IMG/VR virus record: IMGVR_UViG_3300045988_138000
Source of the DNA: a virus
Length of the DNA: 64,000 nt
Reading direction: 5' to 3' (one strand)
Shown: one piece after another, positions 1 to 8,982 of the stretch
Numbering within the stretch: position 1 is the first letter of the stretch
Layout of the letters: each line of letters opens with the position of its first letter
Made by a program: the position numbers and the translations under genes
Notes under the pieces: generated by a model
Told to the model about the DNA's origin: nothing
The model's database searches: none
Seen by the model: the letters and a program-made list of their open reading frames with translations, nothing else

Positions 1-191
1 GGGTCTCCACCAGTGAGCATAACGGTATGTGCAGCCTTCAGCTCCTCTACGGTAGCCACTGGCACCGTATCGAGGTCGTACTGCTTGTTGCAGCAAAACG
101 GACAAGAGTTACCACACCATCTGTTAATCATCAAAAGAATGGCTCCCTTATCGGCTCCCGGCTCGTCAGTATATTTACGTTTTGTTTCCAT
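1..191 (-). CDS. radical SAM domain protein, N-terminal fragment (gene runs off the left edge)
   Basis: Own minus-strand translation from ATG 191-189: METKRKYTDEPGADKGAILLMINRWCGNSCPFCCNKQYDL...VMLTGGD. It has a CxxxCxxC cluster motif (CGNSCPFC) and a TGG(D/E)P-like SAM motif. The frame is still open at position 1. Confidence 0.6.
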   Translation of the reverse strand, partial: METKRKYTDEPGADKGAILLMINRWCGNSCPFCCNKQYDLDTVPVATVEELKAAHTVMLTGGD

Positions 192-217
192 ATTATATAA
201 ATTGTTTAATTCAATCT

Positions 218-877
218 TTAATCTGCCAATCTATTCCGCATCATCGACAGCCAGCTCACCACCGATTGATAGTCAGTAGAGCGAAAACGATAACGCTTGT
301 AGTTGGCTGTTATCTCGCCGACCCAGCGGATGCGCTGCGACTTCACGAAGCCGATACCTCGGACAACATGACCTGCAGAGCCCCTGCCTTTCTGCTCGCG
401 TCCTTTTGCGTCGCGCTGTATCTCCTGATAGATAGTGCCGGTACGACGGGCACCGCGTGAATGGGAGGAAATAATCGGCTCGTTCTGAGGGGCAACATCT
501 TTCATCACAAATTTCGCCTTGCATGCCTTTTCCACTACTTGCCTGATATATTCAGGCGATTTCTTTAATTTGTATTTATAAGCCAATCTCGCCAAAGCGA
601 GTTCGCCTATACCCAAATATAACATTAACTTAGAATTTGGCATGGTGGCGTAATTGTCGCACAGCCATTTCGCTTGACTGCCCGTAATTCTGTCGCCTCG
701 CGCCCTTATCATTGCCATTGTAACACGATCTTTTTCCCATCCATGCGAAACAGCAAGACGATGTAATCCAGCACGGCTAATATCATACTGTGAACAGAGC
801 ATGACATTTGCAGTTGTCGGATAAACCAAAGAGAGAGAATGAATCTCGTCTTCGGAAAGAGAGCTATAGTTTCGCAT
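218..877 (-). CDS. hypothetical protein; C-terminus resembles an AP2/integrase-type DNA-binding domain
   Basis: 219-aa ORF colinear with its neighbours. The C-terminal RGIGFVKSQRIRWVGEITANYKRYRFRSTDY resembles the AP2-type pattern (G..W.A.I..N.K). The function is a weak motif call. Confidence 0.55.
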   Translation of the reverse strand: MRNYSSLSEDEIHSLSLVYPTTANVMLCSQYDISRAGLHRLAVSHGWEKDRVTMAMIRARGDRITGSQAKWLCDNYATMPNSKLMLYLGIGELALARLAYKYKLKKSPEYIRQVVEKACKAKFVMKDVAPQNEPIISSHSRGARRTGTIYQEIQRDAKGREQKGRGSAGHVVRGIGFVKSQRIRWVGEITANYKRYRFRSTDYQSVVSWLSMMRNRLAD

Positions 878-887
878 ATCTTTTCTT

Positions 888-1871
888 TTATTTATTGTTT
901 TCTTCCTTTACCGCACTGGTCGCAGGCTTCTCATAAATATCGAATTTGCGTTTGGTTGGACACCAACAGATTCCGGCGGCGTGCAGCGCATTGTCTATTG
1001 TGATTTCAGTCGCAAGATCGGCTGGAATGATAGACAGAGGGACACCATCTTGGCAGAGGTGGTCGAGATAGATACATGGACCAAAGTATATGCCGTCATT
1101 AAAACCAATAAAGGTCATGCTGTACTCAAAACCTCCAATATCTTTGTTTTTCTTCACCATGGAATAAAGGTAGACGGTTCTGTTCTCTACATCGTAGCAG
1201 TTGAAAATGGCTGCATAAGAAGCCAGTCCGCAGCCAGGCTTTGCGTAGGTAAGCTCTACGTACTGACCAGTATTGAATGGCGGAAGGAGTTCAAAACCTT
1301 TACAACTGGAGAAAAGACGACCCGTGAATTTTTCGATTTTACGGTAAAACTCTCGGGTGTCTTCTTCGTTGAGTCTGCAGTAACTATTGACGGAAATCTT
1401 ACACTTTTCGCCATCCGAGGTCTTGGGGCATTCCTTTATACTCTGGATGTCTGAATAACTGTCCTCAAAAACTTCCACCAGCGGGATAAAAGTGTTATAA
1501 TCATCATTGTTTACCTTATCGACAATAAAGAATGGGCCGTCGTATTCGTAAGGACGTCTCACTACCGTGCCCTTGCGCCACGTCAGCACGTCCCATTTCG
1601 CTTTACTTGGATTAGGATGTATCACACAGTCGGAACCTAAAAGGTCTGAGATTTCGATGTTTCCTACTTTGAGTTTCAGACAGCCCTCCTTATTGAACGT
1701 AAGGTAGGCGGTCTTTGGGTCGGCTTCTTTATCGGCGATGGCACAGAAAATCTCGTCATCCGTCACGTCTATCAACGTCATCCAACCGCACAGGTCGCAC
1801 CACAATTGCATTCCTACCCTGCCGTATTGAAACAGAACCTCCTTCACGTTTTCTAAATTTCTCTGGCTCAT
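888..1871 (-). CDS. hypothetical protein
   Basis: Track ORF 888..1940, trimmed to the ATG at 1871 (MSQRNLENVKE...). It is long and colinear. No recognisable motif. Confidence 0.6.
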   Translation of the reverse strand: MSQRNLENVKEVLFQYGRVGMQLWCDLCGWMTLIDVTDDEIFCAIADKEADPKTAYLTFNKEGCLKLKVGNIEISDLLGSDCVIHPNPSKAKWDVLTWRKGTVVRRPYEYDGPFFIVDKVNNDDYNTFIPLVEVFEDSYSDIQSIKECPKTSDGEKCKISVNSYCRLNEEDTREFYRKIEKFTGRLFSSCKGFELLPPFNTGQYVELTYAKPGCGLASYAAIFNCYDVENRTVYLYSMVKKNKDIGGFEYSMTFIGFNDGIYFGPCIYLDHLCQDGVPLSIIPADLATEITIDNALHAAGICWCPTKRKFDIYEKPATSAVKEENNK

Positions 1872-1967
1872 AATATATACATTTAACAAATTGATTAAAC
1901 ATTCTGTTCTCTTTACTTGTCGCTGTCCGAACATGAGCACCAGCCCACGAGTTTTAGTTCTATTTCA

Positions 1968-2621
1968 TCACTCATCGGCAGGCAAGCTGACCTGTGCCTC
2001 TGCCATTCTGTTCTTGCAGATCACACCAAGGCCTTCAATGACACCCAGGAATGAACTACATTCCTGACAATAAGCATAGCCAATCATGGCACTAACTGTT
2101 TTGTTGTATGGGCATTTCTCCCCCTTTATCGCATAGAGTTTTTTGTCCTCCACAAAGTAGTGAAATTCTTTTGCAATCCTCTTCAGCTTCACATTTTCCA
2201 ATTCCGTTTCATTACAACGGTCGCGCATCTGCTGCATCTCTTCCTGCGTCTGCTTCGACGGGGCTTCCACTTGTGGCGCATCCTTACTGCTCAACTGTTG
2301 CACTACGTCATTGTAGTCGGCCGTGAGTTGATGCACGCGCTGCTCAAGTTCTCCGTTCTTTCTTTCCAGTTCGTCGCAATGATCACGCATCTTCAGCATC
2401 TCGCCAAGCGTCTGCTTTGACGAGTCTTCATCCTTGCGCTTCTCCAGTCCGTGCTGTTGGCGCACGGCATCGTTGTAGTCGTCCGTGAGCTGATGCACGC
2501 GTTGCGTCATCTCAATGTTCTCTGCCTTCAAGTCGGCTACGATATAGGAAAGAGCCAACATACGTTTGTTTTCTTCTGTTGTCATTGTTTCTTGGGTTTT
2601 ATGTTTGTTACTCATATTCAT
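1968..2621 (-). CDS. coiled-coil protein with an internal duplication and a Cys-rich C-terminus
   Basis: 217 aa. The segment RVHQLTDDYNDAVRQQ / RVHQLTADYNDVVQQL is repeated and heptad-rich. The C-terminus contains KCPYNK...CQECSS...VICKN. Confidence 0.6.
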   Translation of the reverse strand: MNMSNKHKTQETMTTEENKRMLALSYIVADLKAENIEMTQRVHQLTDDYNDAVRQQHGLEKRKDEDSSKQTLGEMLKMRDHCDELERKNGELEQRVHQLTADYNDVVQQLSSKDAPQVEAPSKQTQEEMQQMRDRCNETELENVKLKRIAKEFHYFVEDKKLYAIKGEKCPYNKTVSAMIGYAYCQECSSFLGVIEGLGVICKNRMAEAQVSLPADE

Positions 2622-2777
2622 ATACTATATGCGGTGTGGTATTGCCCAGTCCGTCGCGAGGATCAGTAACACCCCCCGACCATTGAGGTTACGGCATGGG
2701 CTATCAGCTTGCGCGGTCGGCTCTTTACGAGGCCCTTGCCGTCCTTGCCGCTGCGTACCCATCCGATGTAATACTTG

Positions 2778-3590
2778 TCAGTCATCGGTCTGTGGTAAGG
2801 TCAGATATATTCGTTCGTTAGCCTTGCACGACTCCCCTTGCATTCTACCTGCCTCTAACCCTGCTTTCTTTAGAGCTTCGTCACGCTCATGCTCCAGTTT
2901 TATGCAATATTCAGTTAGGCGATTGTATTCTTTCTGCAAGGCGTTGAAATCCTCGCGCAGTTGCTCGGGAGTGTGAATCTCTGAATCTAATGGCACAAGA
3001 CGCTGCTTTCTCTTGTCCCATATTTTCCCGATTCTCTCCACGGCATTGTTGAGAAGTTTTTCTTCCGTAGGCGTGGCGTATCTCAGTTCGATGCTTACTT
3101 CTTCTGCGCATGTACCGAGAAGATCAAGATGGACGTTAGGAGTAAGTTCGTCGCTGTTTTTGCACAAGCAGGCGTATGTTCTTATCTTGGGATAAGAATC
3201 TATAAATTCCACTTCGTTGAAAATCACAACGAAGGTCAGAATGTTGCCATCTTTATTCTTAATATCCATTGCCACGATGTCACCGGGCTGGAAGTTGAGC
3301 ACATTCCAACTTCGGTAAAGATGCGATAGAAACAGCATACACTCTCCTCTTTCAAAGTTCGCTAAACGCCCATTGCAACGAAAAAGAATGTCGTATGCTT
3401 CATCCTCGTCTGGATTAGGTAGGCCCATCTCAATGCCCGAAGCATTTGTTTTTTTCACATTCAGATAGCCGAACAAAGGTGAGTAAAGCGTGTCACCTTC
3501 AGTCAAACCGTAGAGGAAGGCTGCCATTTTTTCGATCTCGAAAAATTTAGCTTTTATCTCAGAGAAGCTTCTTGTTGATCTTTGTTTCAT
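2778..3590 (-). CDS. hypothetical protein
   Basis: 270-aa ORF with an ATG start, colinear, with a coiled-coil C-terminal tail. Confidence 0.65.
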   Translation of the reverse strand: MKQRSTRSFSEIKAKFFEIEKMAAFLYGLTEGDTLYSPLFGYLNVKKTNASGIEMGLPNPDEDEAYDILFRCNGRLANFERGECMLFLSHLYRSWNVLNFQPGDIVAMDIKNKDGNILTFVVIFNEVEFIDSYPKIRTYACLCKNSDELTPNVHLDLLGTCAEEVSIELRYATPTEEKLLNNAVERIGKIWDKRKQRLVPLDSEIHTPEQLREDFNALQKEYNRLTEYCIKLEHERDEALKKAGLEAGRMQGESCKANERIYLTLPQTDD

Positions 3591-3596
3591 TATGTT

Positions 3597-3626
3597 TCTA
3601 TTTTAAATTATTACTCATATTCTATC
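3597..3626. repeat. 30-nt intergenic repeat, copy 1 (identical copy at 4546-4575)
   Basis: tctattttaaattattactcatattctatc occurs exactly twice. Each copy lies just upstream (minus sense) of a gene start, at 3590 and 4540. Confidence 0.9.
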
Positions 3627-3643
3627 TTGTGATGTTATTCATA

Positions 3644-3934
3644 TTACCCTTTTTCTACTAATTCCCATGTCTTTTCATCGTGAGAGGAATAGACGGTATA
3701 GGTAAGTTCACAACAGTTCTTGGCTGTCCTCACTTCATGCAACATTTCTCTCGTATAGAAGCAACGCTCCATAAGGTACGCCAATGCCTTAAACTGGTCT
3801 TGAGTAAGAAAGACCTCCTGGTCGCCACAAGTGATGCCTACGTTGTCAGTAATGGTAGAATAGAAGATCTTTACGTCCTCTTCCTTTCCTGTGTCCTCGT
3901 TCTTTACGATTATCTTTTCTGTATTAAAACTCAT
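3644..3934 (-). CDS. hypothetical protein
   Basis: 96-aa ORF, colinear, with an ATG start. Confidence 0.55.
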   Translation of the reverse strand: MSFNTEKIIVKNEDTGKEEDVKIFYSTITDNVGITCGDQEVFLTQDQFKALAYLMERCFYTREMLHEVRTAKNCCELTYTVYSSHDEKTWELVEKG

Positions 3935-4078
3935 TAATTATTTCTCCTTTTATTTATAATTCAACAAACACACAAATTCCACCACTTGCAGCGATCAGTG
4001 CGTTTACAAGCTTACTCCCATCCTCGCCATTCGAGCCGATGGCTAACGGGATGCACGGAAATGTAGATGTGGGTCATG

Positions 4079-4540
4079 TTACTCTTGAAGATACTCGCCG
4101 TATAGTTTCCACTCCTTATCATGGATGTTGCCGACAACCTCAAAGCTCTTCATCTTCTCTTGCAAGAGATCATCTGGGATGCCGTCTTCGAGACCACCTA
4201 CGTCAGAGTAGGGATTTTTTACCGTAACGATACCAAAGCAAGCTTTCTTCTCACAATAATACACTACGGCATAGTAGTCGTCGCGAGTATTGTATTCGAT
4301 TCTGCTATACGGATATTCGTCCGATCGCAATACGTCGCCTTCATAAATCTCCTTGCCGTTCTTGTCGGTGAAGCCAGTGAACTGGCATACAGTAGAGGGG
4401 TCAACAGCAAACGTAAAAACAGGGCGTCCATCACTGACTGGATTATTTTTTACGAGAGTCTGGTCACCCACATGGGACAAATCGCCGTAATTCCACTTCC
4501 CGTCCTCTATACTCTTACCCTTAAACTTAATTGTTCTCAT
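4079..4540 (-). CDS. YopX-family phage protein
   Basis: MRTIKFKGK...VCQFTGFTDKNGKEIYEGDVL...VVGNIHDKEW matches the YopX pattern as I recall it (F+.W, TGL.DKNGKEIYEGD, GNIHEN). Confidence 0.8.
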   Translation of the reverse strand: MRTIKFKGKSIEDGKWNYGDLSHVGDQTLVKNNPVSDGRPVFTFAVDPSTVCQFTGFTDKNGKEIYEGDVLRSDEYPYSRIEYNTRDDYYAVVYYCEKKACFGIVTVKNPYSDVGGLEDGIPDDLLQEKMKSFEVVGNIHDKEWKLYGEYLQE

Positions 4541-4545
4541 AATTC

Positions 4546-4575
4546 TCTATTTTAAATTATTACTCATATTCTATC
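4546..4575. repeat. 30-nt intergenic repeat, copy 2
   Basis: Exact copy of 3597-3626. Confidence 0.9.
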
Positions 4576-4601
4576 AATACAATGGTGTGCTGCCCACAGC
4601 T

Positions 4602-4745
4602 CTATCCTTCTTCGAGAAAGGGTCTATACGTCTCCAACACTTCATCGGTCATCAAACCTCGGTCTGTAAATTGTTCTTCAATGATGTCGTCGGGAATCCA
4701 TTCGGGATGCTCTCGACAGATGCGTTCAAAATCTTCTCTTGTCAT
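4602..4745 (-). CDS. small hypothetical protein (47 aa)
   Basis: Own translation: MTREDFERICREHPEWIPDDIIEEQFTDRGLMTDEVLETYRPFLEEG. It fills the gap between the stop at 4747 and the next gene. It is below the ORF-track length cut-off. Confidence 0.35.
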   Translation of the reverse strand: MTREDFERICREHPEWIPDDIIEEQFTDRGLMTDEVLETYRPFLEEG

Positions 4746-4746
4746 A

Positions 4747-5052
4747 TCAATCAAATAATGTTAGAATGGTAGGTTTGCGTTCTCGCTCAAGTGCTGTACC
4801 TGCAAGAGAAGGGAATAGACGAGAGAAAATGTCGGACATTATATCCACAACGATACTGTTACCTCCAAGGTCGCCAATTTGATTGGGCGACAATCCAGAA
4901 TGATACAACGTTTGAATGTCCTTGTCTTCAAGTCCCATCAGGCGCATTTGCTCAAAAGCCGTAAACTTGCGTACCGATTTGTCGATTGGATTATAAACGT
5001 ACATTCCAACGTTCCCCCCCCAACTGAACCTGTTGTGCAACAATGCGCACAA
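4747..5052 (-). CDS. DNA (cytosine-5)-methyltransferase, C-terminal fragment (out of frame with 4938..5798)
   Basis: Contains C-terminal m5C-MTase motifs: FTAFEQMRLMGL (motif IX-like) and GGNSIVV (motif X, GNS). Confidence 0.8.
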   Translation of the reverse strand: MCALLHNRFSWGGNVGMYVYNPIDKSVRKFTAFEQMRLMGLEDKDIQTLYHSGLSPNQIGDLGGNSIVVDIMSDIFSRLFPSLAGTALERERKPTILTLFD

Positions 5053-5798
5053 TCCAGTTTATGAAAATTAGCAACGTGTCCTTTTGCATCCCTACTATGA
5101 CCAAAAAGAAACACTTGGCTGCTGCCAGGTTCTATATCGTCCAGCCGCGCAAGACGCATAAACTCACTGTAAGTTTTTCCTTTAAGATACGAAGTCTGCG
5201 GACCTAACGGCAGAAGAATGTCCGACAACTGCTTGTATCGGGTACGCTGCGGATGGGCGTTAAACTCAAAGCCTCGGTCGTAATCCTTCAATATGCTTAC
5301 CATAAATATACGCTCTCGGTTTTGTGGAATGTAATCTTTAGCGTTGATAACCTTATAGTAGTTGTTATAACCCATTGTTTCAAGCCTTGCAAGCCATTGC
5401 TCGAAATCGGGACGAAACTTTGCACTTAATAAATCGCGCACATTCTCCATAAGCAACCATGTAGGATGCTTTGCAGATATAGCTTTCTCACACTCCCATA
5501 ATAAAGAGCTACTTGTGCCCGTACCTTCAGTAAGACCGCGCTTGTCGCCTATACGACTAATGTCGGTACAAGGAAACGAGTAGGTAAAGAGATCGAAATC
5601 AGGCACTCTATCCCAATTAACTTTTGATATGTTACCATAATTGTGCACATAGCCATGCAGAGCCCGATAAGCGGTCAACGCTTCGGGCTTTATCTCGCTT
5701 ATGCCTACGGACTTATAGGGTATGCGAGCCATTTCCATTGCCAATGCTTGCGAGCCGTAGCCTGCAAAAGCTTCAAACATTCGGATTGTCATCATCAT
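4938..5798 (-). CDS. DNA (cytosine-5)-methyltransferase, N-terminal fragment
   Basis: Motif I FEAFAGYGS, motif IV FPCTDIS, motif VI LMENV, motif VIII QNRERIF. The frame is lost at the C8/G8 tract at 5014-5021. Confidence 0.85.
   Translation of the reverse strand: MMMTIRMFEAFAGYGSQALAMEMARIPYKSVGISEIKPEALTAYRALHGYVHNYGNISKVNWDRVPDFDLFTYSFPCTDISRIGDKRGLTEGTGTSSSLLWECEKAISAKHPTWLLMENVRDLLSAKFRPDFEQWLARLETMGYNNYYKVINAKDYIPQNRERIFMVSILKDYDRGFEFNAHPQRTRYKQLSDILLPLGPQTSYLKGKTYSEFMRLARLDDIEPGSSQVFLFGHSRDAKGHVANFHKLDCAHCCTTGSVGGGTLECTFIIQSTNRYASLRLLSKCA
5014..5021. other. homopolymer tract (C8 on plus, G8 on the coding strand) at the methyltransferase frame break
   Basis: gttcccccccc aact at 5011-5025. 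The two MTase fragments overlap here in different frames. 4747..5798 is 1052 nt, so one extra G would give a single 351-codon ORF. Confidence 0.9.
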
Positions 5799-6096
5799 TA
5801 TTGTCTTGTTGCTTCCGTTTCTGTCCTTCCTTGCAAACTATCTTGCCTCTATCCTTCAGTCGGAGGCAGAAATATTCACAATTCCAACATGCGCAGCTAT
5901 CCACTCTTACTGTTTCGGGATTATCGTTGCAGAACGAGTCCCCAGTCTCCACCATATCGTGAGGACATTCGGTGTTCTTGACGAGAGTGAATCCTTTTTC
6001 CTCAAGCAAGTCGATAAGTTTGCTGCACTCTTGCTTTAAGTTCACGTTCTCGCTTCGCATTTTGACAAGCGCTTTTTCTGAGGTTGTCGGTCTCAC
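5773..6096 (-). CDS. hypothetical Cys-rich protein (possibly the frameshifted C-terminal part of 6002..6346)
   Basis: 107-aa ORF with a GTG start. MRSENVNLKQEC... parallels MRDRCNETELENVKLK of ORF 1968..2621. It has C-terminal Cys clusters (CACWNCEYFC). Confidence 0.45.
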   Translation of the reverse strand: MRPTTSEKALVKMRSENVNLKQECSKLIDLLEEKGFTLVKNTECPHDMVETGDSFCNDNPETVRVDSCACWNCEYFCLRLKDRGKIVCKEGQKRKQQDNNDDDNPNV

Positions 6097-6346
6097 GCCC
6101 TTGCGCCATGTTAGCGTTGCAGACGTTGGAGTAAGCTTTATGCAATTTCTCGAAATTAGCCGTCTTCATGTCCAGTTCCACTAACACATCCTTATGCTTT
6201 TCTTCCAGATTGTGGAGTTTTTTTACTACCCTGTTATTGTCTCTGGCAAGACGATGTATTTTGAGTTCCATCGCCACATTTTCGACTTCCAATTCTCCCA
6301 AACGTCTTGCATAGGCAACACGATTTCTAAATTCCTGATGTTTCAT
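6002..6346 (-). CDS. coiled-coil protein
   Basis: 114 aa, heptad-rich. It overlaps 5773..6096 by 95 nt in another frame. Confidence 0.5.
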   Translation of the reverse strand: MKHQEFRNRVAYARRLGELEVENVAMELKIHRLARDNNRVVKKLHNLEEKHKDVLVELDMKTANFEKLHKAYSNVCNANMAQGRETDNLRKSACQNAKRERELKARVQQTYRLA

Positions 6347-6370
6347 TGTCTCTATTGTTTTTATCCCACG

Positions 6371-6781
6371 TTAAACTTTTCTTTTTCCTGCAAGGCCCTC
6401 CTCAAGTTGTCTGTTAAAATTTATCCAGTCCTGCAACTGCTCATCATATTCAATATCACCAAGTGTATATATCAAACCGTAGGCATCGCATACTGGATGA
6501 GATAACGGTAAGGGTGCTTGGGGCTCACTATAACATATAATGGTAGTTCCATCGTTGTATTGTGCAGTTTTTTGCTCTCCGTATTTCAGCAAGAAGATCA
6601 AGCCCTTCTGCATATTGTATTTCAGTTCAGACATAGAGAACCTTCGTCCTAAATATCCGTTCACAACATAACCTCCTGCATAATACTGGTAGGAAGCTCC
6701 ATCGAGTTGATGACGATAGAGGGTAAGTTTAGCTCGTGATAAGAGAGATTTAAGTACTCTGCGAGTTGCGAATTTTCCCAT
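6371..6781 (-). CDS. hypothetical protein
   Basis: 136-aa colinear ORF. Confidence 0.6.
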   Translation of the reverse strand: MGKFATRRVLKSLLSRAKLTLYRHQLDGASYQYYAGGYVVNGYLGRRFSMSELKYNMQKGLIFLLKYGEQKTAQYNDGTTIICYSEPQAPLPLSHPVCDAYGLIYTLGDIEYDEQLQDWINFNRQLEEGLAGKRKV

Positions 6782-6798
6782 AACATTATCATTTATTT

Positions 6799-7431
6799 TT
6801 AAGGTTCAACTTCTCCTGCCACTTCTTTTGACTTCAACCATCGTCTTTTCTTTTTCATCATCTTGTAGGTGTAATCGCCCAGTTGCTGATAGTCGCCCTG
6901 CTCTATATTCCATTGACACCCTGCTTTTTTCAAACAACGACTAAAATCCAGATAGTCTCTGAGAGGAATAAAGGGCGAAAGAGATTCATTACCCCAAAGG
7001 AAGATGGTGGGGCAGCGATCGAAGATGATATTCAAATGATGGTCCATAACAAAATCTCGAAGCCTTATCGTATCACGAGGGTCGCGGACGTGCAATTCGT
7101 ACACGCCACTCGGAAGTATCGACAGATAGGCGTAGCAGTAGAGACGTTTTTCTTCGGCTTTATATCTCTCAGCACACGCAATGCGAATTTCGGAACTGGA
7201 AGATGATAATATCTCATAAAGACGACCATCCTCAATTTCTATAGAGCAAAACGGAAAATAACGCCTTTCATAGATTGTCTTTTCCGAGGTCGGTTTTCCT
7301 CTACCAGCAAGCAACACTCTGAGTACAAAACGTATGATGCAGAACACGAGTACTGCACCACAGGATATGCCTATTATAGCAACAAGTGATATGCTTGCGA
7401 CACTAAAAATCAACAATAATGTATTCACCAT
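6799..7431 (-). CDS. membrane-anchored hypothetical protein
   Basis: 210 aa with an N-terminal hydrophobic helix, LLLIFSVASISLVAIIGISCGAVLVFCII. Confidence 0.6.
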   Translation of the reverse strand: MVNTLLLIFSVASISLVAIIGISCGAVLVFCIIRFVLRVLLAGRGKPTSEKTIYERRYFPFCSIEIEDGRLYEILSSSSSEIRIACAERYKAEEKRLYCYAYLSILPSGVYELHVRDPRDTIRLRDFVMDHHLNIIFDRCPTIFLWGNESLSPFIPLRDYLDFSRCLKKAGCQWNIEQGDYQQLGDYTYKMMKKKRRWLKSKEVAGEVEP

Positions 7432-7468
7432 ATATTCTATTCTGTTATATTCTATTATTACAAAAAGT

Positions 7469-8170
7469 TTATTCGTCCGCTTCCACCACTTTCAACCCAT
7501 GCCTTGCAGCCGTTGCCTCGCGCCGTGCTGACCGCTGTGTCTCGCTGTCGTAGCAGATGATGTGAGGGTCGCCTAATGGGTCGGCAAAGTAGTTACACTG
7601 GCGTATCATAGCATGTTTCTGAGCCGAAGCCCTGTATGATAGCGGGATGGTGGGAACACGGAGGCGGGTCTTGCGCTCCAGTCCGTAGAAGGCACGCAGA
7701 TGCTCCTTGTGCCATAACTCCTTGCGCTGCTCGCTCTTCTTGCGCAACATTCGCTTGTATTTTCGAGGATTGTTGGCTTTGAGTTGCTTTATCGGACAGA
7801 AGCCGGCGGCAGTGAGACGGTGTCTGGCTTCTATACAAGCCTCGGATGGAGCCTTGCCCCGCAGGGAGTCGTAATAGCCGTTGCGCTCGCAAATCTTCTT
7901 CGTATCCTTGGCTTGCTGCTTACGGATGGCCTTCATGTCCTTCTCAAGCCTTAACTCGCGCTTGAAGCGTTGCAGGGTGGAAAAGCCGATGCCGAACCAC
8001 GTCATCATGCGGCGGTTGGAGTTCTTGGGGAAGAGCTTGCAGAAACGCTCCTTCAGCTCGCCTTCGAGATAATACTCATCTTTGCCAGCTTTGTATTTCG
8101 GTCGCGTAGGTATCTGCCACTTGGCTGGAGTGGTGGGCTTGTTGGGTGTCTTGGTATTACGGAAACTCAT
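7469..8170 (-). CDS. basic hypothetical protein (possible DNA-binding)
   Basis: 233 aa, rich in K and R. ATGA overlap with the upstream YopX gene. Confidence 0.6.
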   Translation of the reverse strand: MSFRNTKTPNKPTTPAKWQIPTRPKYKAGKDEYYLEGELKERFCKLFPKNSNRRMMTWFGIGFSTLQRFKRELRLEKDMKAIRKQQAKDTKKICERNGYYDSLRGKAPSEACIEARHRLTAAGFCPIKQLKANNPRKYKRMLRKKSEQRKELWHKEHLRAFYGLERKTRLRVPTIPLSYRASAQKHAMIRQCNYFADPLGDPHIICYDSETQRSARREATAARHGLKVVEADE

Positions 8171-8658
8171 GATGGTTGTTCCTTATCTTCTTTTTGTAAA
8201 TGCTCACCATATTGCTTCCACTCGGGGTCATGGATATTGCCGACGACCTCGAAGTTCTTCATTCTCTCTCGCGAGACGCAATCGAGGATGCCGTCAGAAA
8301 TTCCTTTTACGTCAGAGGCGGGATTCTTTACCTTCACGAGGTCAAAGCAAGCATCCTCCTCGCTGTAACACACTACGGCGTAGTAACTGTCGCGCTTGTT
8401 TAATCTTGAGCAACTGTACGGATATTCGTCCGATCGCAACACGTCGCCCTCGTAAATCTTCTTACCGTTCTTGTCGAGAAGACCGATAAACTGGCAGACG
8501 GTATCAGGGTCAATTTGATATACCCCAGTGAACCCCATTTTGCCTTCTTCTTCAACAAATCCCGAGATGTTTGATTTTCCATCAAGAGAATGGGCAAAAT
8601 CACCTGACACCCACTGTCCATACATAAGGCTCAAGCCTTTAAACTTAATTGTTCTCAT
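8167..8658 (-). CDS. YopX-family phage protein (paralogue 2)
   Basis: MRTIKFKGLS...VCQFIGLLDKNGKKIYEGDVL...VVGNIHDPEW. Clear paralogue of 4079..4540. Confidence 0.8.
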   Translation of the reverse strand: MRTIKFKGLSLMYGQWVSGDFAHSLDGKSNISGFVEEEGKMGFTGVYQIDPDTVCQFIGLLDKNGKKIYEGDVLRSDEYPYSCSRLNKRDSYYAVVCYSEEDACFDLVKVKNPASDVKGISDGILDCVSRERMKNFEVVGNIHDPEWKQYGEHLQKEDKEQPS

Positions 8659-8692
8659 TGTTCTCTATCTTTTCGTTAATACTCATATCGTT

Positions 8693-8956
8693 TTATCTCT
8701 TTCTTCGCTTCGCCTTGCGTCGTTCTTGCAGGTTATGCTGCACCAGTGGCGTAATGGTAAACGATGGCGATCCATCGGGCATGATAAAACGGACAATCCT
8801 CTTTATATTGCCTTCAAGAAAATCGTCTATAGTATCCACTACAGCGCTGAGAATCTCGATTTGCGATTTCTTCTCACCAGTCTGCTGCTCATACAAATAA
8901 CGGATATATTCCGAATTAACGGTCACGATGTATTGTCTTCCTTTATGTATCTTCAT
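8693..8956 (-). CDS. hypothetical protein
   Basis: 87-aa colinear ORF. Confidence 0.55.
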   Translation of the reverse strand: MKIHKGRQYIVTVNSEYIRYLYEQQTGEKKSQIEILSAVVDTIDDFLEGNIKRIVRFIMPDGSPSFTITPLVQHNLQERRKAKRRKR

Positions 8957-8982
8957 AGTCCTCTATATTTTTGTTGATACAG

